Of a stretch of DNA of 64,000 nucleotides, positions 26,570 to 37,800 are shown piece after piece (the stretch's first letter is position 1; the number at the start of each line of letters is the position of its first letter). A program made the translations under genes and the position numbers. The stretch spans positions 6,760,001 to 6,824,000 of the forward strand of contig NC_086109.1 in NCBI RefSeq assembly GCF_963921235.1. Direction: 5' to 3'. Origin of the DNA: Mobula hypostoma. Lineage: Eukaryota. The notes under the pieces were generated by a model. That model was not told where the DNA came from. It ran no database searches and was given only the letters and a program-made list of their open reading frames with translations.

Positions 26570-26864
26570 GGGTGGTTATGGTAGTGTAGTGGTTAGCACA
26601 AAGCTTTACAGTACAGGAAACCTGGGTTCAATTCCCGTCACTGCCTGTAAGGAGTTTGTACGTCCTCCCCGTGACTGTGTGGGTTTCCTCTGGGTACTCT
26701 GGTTTCCTCCCACAGTCCAAAGATGGTTGGGGAGTTAATTGGTCATTGTAAATTGTCCCATGATTAGGCAGGGGTTAAATCAGGGATTGTTGGGCAGTGT
26801 GGCTCAAAGGGCCAGAGGGCCCATTCCACACAGAATCTCAATAAATAAATAAATAAATAAATAA
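26570..26864 (+). mobile_element. HE1/V-SINE-type SINE
   Basis: tRNA-like head, GGAGTTTGTACGT...GGTTTCCTCCCACA V-domain, (TAAA)n tail; further copies near 2990-3200(-), 4240-4410(-), 14330-14480(-), 50190-50400(-), 52880-53090(+), 54485-54640(+), 60100-60245(-). Confidence 0.8.
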
Positions 26865-27246
26865 GAAAGTGGCAGATTCCAGGGCATTCCAGAACTTACA
26901 GGTGAGCCATTGGCCAGACTTGTACTGACATATCTATTGGGCGAAAGGATCACCTCTTCTGATCACAGATTCTGTCAGGGGTCTCCAAAGGGGAAATAGG
27001 TTGGCAGAAGGAAGATGATTGGCAGGTTTCGTGGAAAGGACCAGTGGAATGACTGAGTGACCTACCCTTCAATGGGATAGCACTTACTCCATGGGCTGAA
27101 TGGTTCCATGATTCCACTTTTGCTATTTGATCAGAGGCACAAGTCCAGGGGCTACAATAACAGGTTGTGTAACTCCTTGGAATAAATCACCACTCCTTCA
27201 TCACTCCGGGTCATCAGCTGGATTGTAGTGGGTGTAGAAGATGGCT

Positions 27247-27695
27247 CACTTCTCTACTTCCGCTAAGGCCCCACCTCCCCCTCGTACCCCATCTGTTACT
27301 CATTTTTATGCACACATTCTTTCTCTCACTCTCCTTTTTCTCCCTCTGTCCCTCTGAATATACCTCTTGCCCATCCTCTGGGTCACCCCCCCTCCTTGTC
27401 TTTCTTCCCGGACCTCCTGTCCCATGATCCTCTCGTACCCCCTTCTGCCTATCACCTGTCCAGCTCTCGGCTCTATCCCTCCCCCTCCTGTCTTCTCCTA
27501 TCATTTTGCATCTCCCCCTCCCCCTCCAGCTTTCAAATCCCTTACTCACTCTTCCTTCAGTTTGTCCTGACGAAGGGTCTCGGCCTGAAACGTCGACTGC
27601 GCCTCTTCCTATAGATGCTGCCTGGCCTGCTGCGTTCACCAGCAACTTTGATGTGTGTTGCTTGAATTTCCAGCATCTGCAGAATTCCTGTTGTT
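27247..27695 (+). mobile_element. Penelope-like element 3' fragment with hammerhead motif (27564-27597)
   Basis: Nearly identical to 48925-49376. Confidence 0.88.
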
Positions 27696-27874
27696 TTTGT
27701 TCATGGGTATGTTGGTTAATTTACTGAGTTAAGAGCCAGAATTCTACTTATTTGATCTATTGACAGGTATCTGAAGCTGTGAGATAGGAACACTAACCAC
27801 CATACCAACCTCAGTTTAAATTAATGCAATTAAATAAATCTATTCTCAGTTTCCACTTTCCAAATACCAACTTC

Positions 27875-28480
27875 AAGTTTAAGTTCAACTTTGGTTTATC
27901 ATCATTCACACGTAAACCACCAAACAAAACAACGTTCCTCCAGACCAAGTGCACAATACAGTACATATAACTCACACACGCAACACATACAGTAATATTA
28001 CCACAAATAAATTGACAAACAATAAGGTGCATTTATGATACAAGTTCAAGAGCAAATAGTAATAATGCTACAGGGGCTTCACGCATGGTGAGACCTGGTG
28101 CTGGCAGGGCGTTAGTACTCCCACAACCTGGGGAAGAAGCTGTTTCCCATCCTGACAGTTCTTGTCCTAATTCTACAGCACCTCCTGGTAGGGGGTCAAA
28201 GAGATTGTTTGACAGATGGGAAGGGTCATTGACAATGCTAAGGGCCCTGCTTATGGAAAGCCCCTGATAAATATCTCTAATGGTTAGAAGAGAGACCAAT
28301 CTCCTCAGGAAGTGGAGGCACTGCTGAGTTTTCTTGGCCAAATGGGTAGTATTGAGGGACCAGGTGAGATCGTCCATTATGTGCACTCCTGGAAACTTGG
28401 TGCTGCTAACTCGCTCCTCGGAGGAGCCATGCGTGTGCTGTGAGGAGTGGTCAGTCTTCATCATCTTCCTTAAGTCCACA
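27875..28480 (-). mobile_element. Rex1/L2-type LINE 3' fragment just upstream of the chitinase promoter
   Basis: KFPGVHIMDDLTWSLN...KKTQQCLHFLRRL. Confidence 0.75.
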
Positions 28481-28689
28481 GTCAGTACTGAGCTACTTAC
28501 TGGTTCCTCATACTGGCTTTCTACCACTTCAATTTTACTCACCTCACCCCCACAATGAGTATATGTGGCCAACTTCCAACTCAAAAATTTTATTGTTACC
28601 ATAAAAACAGGCTTGAGAATAAAATGAAGGTAAACACTGCAAAAGGTCTGATTGTTGGTTAAGAGAAAGCAAAGACGTCTTTATGAAGT

Positions 28690-28850
28690 TAAGATAAGGA
28701 CTCATATTTCCCCTTTGCAAACAGCAAGAGGACCATTGTGACTGACCTCTTCCTTGCAATAAAGTAAATAATGAACAGATTTAATTATTTCCATTGATAA
28801 GAAAATTATATAAAAGAGGCTGTTGAAGTCAGCATCAGACCAGTGGAAAG
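28690..28850 (+). promoter_or_regulatory. chitinase proximal promoter: TATA box and GATA motifs
   Basis: TATATAAAAG at 28807-28816; WGATAAG motifs at 28692 and 28795; non-repetitive sequence directly upstream of ATG 28851. Confidence 0.7.
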
Positions 28851-28875
28851 ATGACAAAGCTTCTTCCTGCAACAG
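28851..28875 (+). CDS. chia: chitinase coding exon 1 (MTKLLPAT)
   Basis: ATGACAAAGCTTCTTCCTGCAACAG|gtgag; 25 nt, resembles the mammalian CHIA N-terminus MTKLILLT; TATA box about 40 nt upstream. Confidence 0.88.
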
Positions 28876-31800
28876 GTGAGCACCTTTTGCTTCTTAATAC
28901 AGGTTGATACTGTCAGGTATACTGTTTGATAACAATTCGTGTTTAGATTGTTTCAGCATAAGGATAAATTAACCTATTTCTAGAGTTTTGTTTTTTTATA
29001 TGAACCAGCATAACTTCACCATTGCTGGACTCTGTTAATATGATTTGCAGTTGTTGCTACCCACTGTGTCCTTGGTGGATACGCGATCCTTCAGTATTTT
29101 TCTGTAGGAGTGCAGAAGAATGGGAAGAGTATTCATCTAGCTTCTTGAGAGTAGCTCACGTTGTTTTACAGATGCACCTGATCAGTTATTGATCAGCCAT
29201 AAAGTTATTGAGTTAGACAATGGTGGCATAGAACTCTGAGAAACATGAAGTGTTCCTCGCAGTTACATTTCATCTACCACTGACCTGTCCACTCCACCAA
29301 TCTGTCACCTACCTGTCCACTCCACCAATCTGTCACCTACCTCTCCACTCCACCAATCTCCCACCTACCTCGCCACTCCACCAATCTCCCACCTACCTGT
29401 CCACTCCACCAATCTCCCACCTACCTCTCCACTCCACCAATCTCCCACCTACCTGTCCACTCCACCAATCTCCCACCTACCTGTCCACTCCACCAATCTC
29501 CCACCTACCTCTCCACTCCACCAATCTGTCACCTACCTGTTCACTCCACCAACCTCCCACCTACTTGTCCACTCCACCAATCTGTCACTTACTTGTCCAC
29601 TCCACCAATCTGTCACCTACCTGTCCACTCCACCAATCTGTCACCTACCTGTCCACTCCACCAATCTGTCACCGACCTGTCCACTCCACCAATCTGTCAC
29701 CGACCTGTCCACTCCACCAATCTGTCACCTACCTCTCCACTCCACCAATCTCCCACCTACCTCTCCACTCCACCAATCTCCCACCTACCTCTCCACTCCA
29801 CCAATCTCCCACCTACCTCTCCACTCCACCAATCTCCCACCTACCTGTCCACTCCACCAATCTCCCACCTACCTCTCCACTCCACCAATCTCCCACCTAC
29901 CTCTCCACTCCACCAATCTGTCACCTACCTGTTCACTCCACCAACCTCCCACCTACTTGTCCACTCCACCAATCTGTCACCTACCTGTCCACTCCACCAA
30001 TCTGTCAACTACCTCTCCACTCCACCAATCTCCCACCTACCTCTCCACTCCACCAATCTCCCACCTACCTCTCCACTCCACCAATCTCCCACCTACCTCT
30101 CCACTCCACCAATCTGTCACCTACCTGTTCACTCCACCAACCTCCCACCTACTTGTCCACTCCACCAATCTGTCACCTACCTGTCCACTCCACCAATCTG
30201 TCAACTACCTCTCCACTCCACCAATCTCCCACCTACCTCTCCACTCCACCAATCTCCCACCTACCTCTCCACTCCACCAATCTCCCACCTACCTGTCCAC
30301 TCCACCAATCTCCCACCTACCTCTCCACTCCACCAATCTCCCACCTACCTCTCCACTCCACCAATCTCCCACCTACCTGTCCACTCCACCAATCTGTCAC
30401 CGACCTGTCCACTCCACCAATCTCCCACCGACCTGTCCACTCCACCAATCTGTCACCTACCTGTCCAGTCCACCAATCTGTCACCTACCTGTCCACTCCA
30501 CCAATGTCATCTACCTGTCCACTCCACCAATGTCACCTACCTGTCCACTCCACCAATCTGTCACCTACCTCTCCACTCCACCAATCTCCCACCTACCTCT
30601 CCACTCCACCAATCTCCCACCTACCTCTCCACTCCACCAATCTCCCACCTACCTCTCCACTCCACCAATCTCCCACCTACCTCTCCACTCCACCAATCTC
30701 CCACCTACCTGTCCACTCCACCAATCTCCCACCTACCTCTCCACTCCACCAATCTGTCACCTACTTGTCCACTCCACCAATCTCCCACCTACCTCTCCAC
30801 TCCACCAATCTGTCACCTACCTGTTCACTCCACCAACCTCCCACCTACTTGTCCACTCCACCAATCTGTCACCTACTTGTCCACTCCACCAATCTGTCAC
30901 CGACCTGTCCACTCCACCAATCTGTCACCGACCTGTCCACTCCACCAATCTGTCACCGACCTGTCCACTCCACCAATCTCCCACCGACCTGTCCACTCCA
31001 CCAATCTGTCACCTATCTGTCCAGTCCACCAATCTGTCACCTACCTGTCCACTCCACCAATGTCATCTACCTGTCCACTCCACCAATGTCATCCACCTGT
31101 CCACTCCACCAATCTGTCACCTACCTCTCCACTCCACCAATCTGTCACCTACCTCTCCACTCCACCAATCTCCCACCTACCTGTCCACTCCACCAATCTC
31201 CCACCTACCTCTCCACTCCACCAATCTCCCACCTACCTGTTCACTCCACCAATCTCCCACCTACCTGTCCACTCCACCAATCTCCCACCTACCTCTCCAC
31301 TCCACCAACATCCCACCTACCTCTCCACTCCACCAATCTCCCACCTACCTGTCCACTCCACCAATCTCCCACCTACCTCTCCACTCCACCAATCTGTCAC
31401 CTACTTGTTCACTCCACCAACCTCCCACCTACTTGTCCACTCCACCAATCTGTCACCTACCTGTCCACTCCACCAATCTCCCACCGACCTGTCCACTCCA
31501 CCAATCTGTCACCTACCTGTCCACTCCACCAATGTCATCTACCTGTCCACTCCACCAATGTCACCTACCTGTCCACTCCACCAATCTGTCACCTACCTGT
31601 CCACTCCACCAATCTGTCACCTACCTCTCCACTCCACCAATCTCCCACCTACCTCTCCACTCCACCAATCTCCCACCTACCTCTCCACTCCACCAATCTC
31701 CCACCTACCTCTCCACTCCACCAATCTCCCACCTACCTGTCCACTCCACCAATCTCCCACCTACCTCTCCACTCCACCAATCTGTCACCTACCTGTTCAC

Positions 31801-34800
31801 TCCACCAATCTCCCACCTACCTCTCCACTCCACCAATCTCCCACCTACCTCTCCACTCCACCAATCTCCCACCTACCTGTCCACTCCACCAATCTCCCAC
31901 CTACCTCTCCACTCCACCAATCTGTCACCTACCTGTTCACTCCACCAACCTCCCACCTACTTGTCCACTCCACCAATCTGTCACCTACTTGTCCACTCCA
32001 CCAATCTGTCACCTACCTGTCCACTCCACCAATCTGTCACCGACCTGTCCACTCCACCAATCTGTCACCGACCTGTCCACTCCACCAACCTCCCACCGAC
32101 CTGTCCACTCCACCAATCTGTCACCTACCTGTCCAGTCCACCAATCTGTCACCTACCTGTCCACTCCACCAATGTCATCTACCTGTCCACTCCACCAATG
32201 TCACCTACCTGTCCACTCCACCAATCTGTCACCTACCTCTCCACTCCACCAATCTCCCACCTACCTCTCCACTCCACCAATCTCCCACCTACCTCTCCAC
32301 TCCACCAATCTCCCACCTACCTCTCCACTCCACCAATCTCCCACCTACCTCTCCACTCCACCAATCTCCCACCTACCTGTCCACTCCACCAATCTCCCAC
32401 CTACCTCTCCACTCCACCAATCTGTCACCTACTTGTCCACTCCACCAATCTCCCACCTACCTCTCCACTCCACCAATCTGTCACCTACCTGTTCACTCCA
32501 CCAACCTCCCACCTACTTGTCCACTCCACCAATCTGTCACCTACTTGTCCACTCCACCAATCTGTCACCGACCTGTCCACTCCACCAATCTGTCACCGAC
32601 CTGTCCACTCCACCAATCTCCCACCGACTTGTCCACTCCACCAATCTCCCACCGACCTGTCCACTCCACCAATCTGTCACCTACCTGTCCAGTCCACCAA
32701 TCTGTCACCTACCTGTCCACTCCACCAATGTCATCCACCTGTCCACTCCACCAATGTCATCCACCTGTCCACTCCACCAATCTGTCACCTACCTCTCCAC
32801 TCCACCAATCTCCCACCTACCTCTCCACTCCACCAATCTCCCACCTACCTCTCCACTCCACCAATCTCCCACCTACCTCTCCACTCCACCAATCTCCCAC
32901 CTACCTCTCCACTCCACCAATCTCCCACCTACCTGTCCACTCCACCAATCTCCCACCTACCTCTCCACTCCACCAATCTGTCACCTACCTGTTCACTCCA
33001 CCAACCTCCCACCTACCTCTCCACTCCACCAATATCCCACCTACCTCTCCACTCCACCAATCTCCCACCTACCTGTCCACTCCACCAATCTCCCACCTAC
33101 CTCTCCACTCCACCAATCTGTCACCTACTTGTTCACTCCACCAACCTCCCACCTACTTGTCCACTCCACCAATCTGTCACCTACTTGTCCACTCCACCAA
33201 TCTGTCACCGACCTGTCCACTCCACCAATCTGTCACCGACCTGTCCACTCCACCAATCTCCCACCGACCTGTCCACTCCACCAATCTCCCACCGACCTGT
33301 CCACTCCACCAATCTCCCACCTACTTCTCCACTCCACCAATCTCCCACCTACCTGTCCACTCCACCAATCTGTCACCTACCTGTCCACTCCACCAATGTC
33401 ATCTACCTGTCTACTCCACCAATGTCACCTACCTGTCCACTCCACCAATCTGTCACCTACCTGTCCACTCCACCAATCTGTCACCTACCTCTCCACTCCA
33501 CCAATCTCCCACCTACCTCTCCACTCCACCAATCTCCCACCTACTTCTCCACTCCACCAATCTCCCACCTACCTGTCCACTCCACCAATCTCCCACCTAC
33601 CTCTCCACTCCACCAATCTGTCACCTACTTCTCCACTCCACCAATCTCCCACCTACCTCTCCACTCCACCAATCTGTCACCTACCTGTTCACTCCACCAA
33701 CCTCCCACCTACTTGTCCACTCCACTAATCTGTCACCTACCTGTCCACTCCACCAATCTGTCACCTACCTGTCCACTCCACCAATCTGTCACCGACCTGT
33801 CCACTCCACCAATCTGTCACCGACCTGTCCACTCCACCAATCTGTCACCGACCTGTCCACTCCACCAATCTCCCACCGACCTGTCCACTCCACCAATCTG
33901 TCACCTACCTGTCCAGTCCACCAATCTGTCACCTACCTGTCCACTCCACCAATGTCATCTACCTGTCCACTCCACCAATGTCATCTACCTGTCCACTCCA
34001 CCAATCTGTCACCTACCTCTCCACTCCACCAATCTGTCACCTACCTGTTCACTCCACCAATCTGTCACCTACCTGTTCACTCCACCAACCTCCCACCTAC
34101 TTGTCCACTCCACCAATCTGTCACCTACTTGTCCACTCCACCAATCTGTCACCGACCTGTCCACTCCACCAATCTGTCACCGACCTGTCCACTCCACCAA
34201 TCTCCCACCGACCTGTCCACTCCACCAATCTGTCACCTACCTGTCCACTCCATCAATCTGTCACCTACCTGTCCAGTCCACCAATGTCATCTACCTGTCC
34301 ACTCCACCAATGTCATCCACCTGTCCACTCCACCAATCTGTCACCTACCTCTCCACTCCACCAATCTGTCACCTACCTCTCCACTCCACCAATCTCCCAC
34401 CTACCTCTCCACTCCACCAATCTCCCACCTACCTCTCCACTCCACCAATCTCCCACCTACCTCTCCACTCCACCAATCTCCCACCTACCTCTCCACTCCA
34501 CCAATCTCCCACCTACCTCTCCACTCCACCAATCTCCCACCTACCTCTCCACTCCACCAATCTCCCACCTACCTCTCCACTCCACCAATCTCCCACCTAC
34601 CTCTGCACTCCACCAATCTGTCACCTACCTGTTCACTCCACCAATCTCCCACCTACTTGTCCACTCCACCAATCTGTCACCTACTTGTGTACTCCACCAA
34701 TCTGTCACCTACCTGTCCACTCCATCAATCTGTCACCTACCTCTCCACTCCACCAATCTATCATCTACCTCTCCACTCCACCAATCTGTCACCTACCTGT

Positions 34801-37800
34801 CAATAGACAATAGGTGCAGGAGTCGGCCATTCGGCCCTTTGAGCCAGCACCTCCATTCACTGTGATCATGGCTGATCATCCACAATCAGCATCCAGTTCC
34901 TGCCTTATCCCCACAACCTCTGATTCCGCTATCTTTAAGAGCTCTATCCATCTCTTTCTTGAAAGCACCCAGAAACTTGGCCGCCACTGCCTTCTGGGAC
35001 AGAGCATTCCACATATCCACCACTCTCTGGGTGAAAAAGTTTTTCCTCAATTCCGTTCTAAATGGCCTACCCCTAATTCTTAAACTGTGGCCTCTGATTC
35101 TGGATTCCCCCATCAGCAGGAACATGCTTCCTGCCTCCAGCATGTCCAATTCCTTAATAATCTTATATGTTTCAATCAGATCCCCTCTCAGCCTTCTAAT
35201 TTCCAGTGTATAGAAGCCTAGTCGCTCCAATCTTTCAACATATGACAGTCTCGCCATCCCGGGAATTAACCTTCTGAACCTACACTGCACTCGCTCAATA
35301 GCTAGAATATCCTTCCTCAAATTTGCAGACCAAAACTGTACACAATACTCCAGGTGTGGTCTCACCAGGGCCCTGTACAGCTGCAGAAGGACCCATTTGC
35401 TCTTATACTCAATTCTCCTTGTTATGAAGGCCAACATGCCATTAGCTTTCTTCACTGCCTGCTGTACCTGCATGCTGCTTTCAGTGACTGATGTACAAGA
35501 ACACCTAGATCTCGTTGTGCTTCCCCTTTTCCTAACGACTCCATTTAGATAATAATCTGCCTTCCTGTTCTTACCACCAAAGTGGATAACCTCACAGTTA
35601 TCCACATTAAACTGCATCTGCCATGCATCCGCCCACTCACCCAGCCTGTCCAAGTCACCCTGCATTCTCATAACATCCTCCTCACATTTCACACTGCCAC
35701 CCAGCTTTGTGTCATCTGCAAATTTGGTAATGTTACTTTTAATCCCTTCATCTAAATCATTAATGTATATTGTAAACAGCTGTGGTACCCCACGGGTCAC
35801 CGCCTGCCATTCCGAAAGGGACCCGTTAATCGCTTCTCTTTGTTTCCTGTCAGCCAGCCAATTTTCAATCTATGTCAGTACTCTGCCCCCAATACCATGT
35901 GTCCTAATTTTGCCCACTAATCTCCTATGTGGGACTTTATCAAAGGCTTTCTGAAAGTCCAGGTACATTACATCCACTGGCTCTCCCTTGTCCATTTTCA
36001 TAGTTACATCCTGTCCGCTCCACCAATCTCCCACCTACCTCTCCACTCCACCAATCTCCCACCTACCTGTCCACTCCACCAATCTCCCACCTACCTGTCC
36101 ACTCCACCAATCTCCCACCTACTTGTCCACTCCACCAATCTCCCACCTACTTGTCCACTCCACCAATCTCCCACCTACTTGTCCACTCCACCAATCTCCC
36201 ACCTACCTGTCCACTCCACCAATCTGTCACCTACCTGTCCACTCCACCAATCTGTCATCTACCTGTCCACTCCACCAATCTGTCACCTACCTGTCCACTC
36301 CACTATTCTGAAGCCGAACTCTCCACTCCACCAATCTGCATCCTAGCTATCCACCCCTTGGTGTCTACGACTGCTTTTTGAGTTAGTTGTTGTTTGCAAA
36401 TTTGAAAATAGACCATAAAATATAGGACCCTTACTAATCAAGAACCTATCAATCTCTGCCGTAAGTAAACCCAATGACTCGACCTCCGCAGCCATCGGTG
36501 GCAGTTAATTCCACGGACTCACTGCCCTCTGGCGAAAGCTATTCCTCCTCATTTCTGTTCTAAATTGATGTTCCTCTACTCTGAGGCTGTACCCTCTGGT
36601 CCTAGACTCCACAGTATGGGAGATAACCCTCCACATCCACTCTATCTAGGCGTTTGAATATTCCGTAAGTATAAATTCACAAAACTAGACAGAGCAATAG
36701 GGGATTTGCGAGGGAGTGTGGGTTCAGTAATCGGTCAGTGGAGGGGGCGGGGCTGTTCCTTAAACGGTGAGCGTGGGCCTTCAAGATTCTGTATCCCTTC
36801 CCTGATGGTGACAGGGCAAGAAATGAGAATGTGAATTACGATATCAGAGAATGCATGTTTCTACGTGAGCTCGTTAAAGAGCAGAGTATGACTCAGAGAG
36901 AGGGAGGGAGGGAGGGAGGGAGGGAGAGAGGGAGAGAGAGAGAGGGAGGGAGGGAGGGAGGGAGAGAGAGAGAGAGGGAGGGAGAGAGAGAGGGAGGGAG
37001 GGAGGGAGTGAGAGAGAGAGAGAGGGAGGGAGGGAGGGAGGGAGGGAGGGAGGGAGAGAGAGAGAGAGAGAGGGAGAGAGAGAGAGAGAGAGGGAGGGAG
37101 GGAGGGAGGGAGGGAGAGAGAGAGGGAGGGAGGGAGGGAGGGAGGGAGAGAGAGGGAGGGAGGGAGGGAGAGAGAGAGGGAGGGAGGGAGGGAGGGAGAG
37201 AGAGAGGGAGGGAGGGAGGGAGGGAGAGAGAGAGGGAGGGAGGGAGGGAGGGAGAGAGGGAGGGAGGGAGAGAGAGGGAGGGAGGGAGGGAGGGAGAGAG
37301 AGAGAGAGAGAGAGGGAGGGAGAGAGGGAGGGAGGGAGGGAGGGAGAGAGGGAGAGAGGGAGAGAGGGAGGGAGGGAGGGAGGGAGAGAGGGAGGGAGGG
37401 AGGGAGAGAGAGAGGGAGGGAGGGAGGGAGAGAGGGAGAGAGAGAGAGAGGGAGGGAGGGAGGGAGAGAGGGAGGGAGGGAGGGAGAGAGGGAGAGAGAG
37501 AGAGGGAGGGAGAGAGAGAGGGAGGGAGGGAGGGAGAGAGAGAGGGAGGGAGGGAGGGAGAGAGGGAGAGAGAGGGAGGGAGGGAGGGAGGGAGAGAGAG
37601 AGAGGGAGAGAGGGAGGGAGGGAGAGAGGGAGGGAGGGAGAGAGAGAGGGAGGGAGAGAGGGAGGGAGAGAGAGAGAGAGAGGGAGGGAGGGAGAGAGGG
37701 AGGGAGGGAGAGAGGGAGGGAGGGAGGGAGGGAGGGAGAGAGGGAGGGAGGGAGAGAGGGAGAGAGGGAGGGAGGGAGAGAGGGAGAGAGGGAGAGAGGG

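Noticed and set aside
1..28800. A second, tandem chitinase paralogue upstream
   Set aside because: No GH18 or CBM14 motifs were seen in any frame outside 28851-55911
29250..34865. 1492-1737 aa ORFs in all three + frames (mucin- or extensin-like)
   Set aside because: They are translations of a stop-free 28-bp repeat. All frames give the same cyclic peptide, and the region lies within chitinase intron 1.
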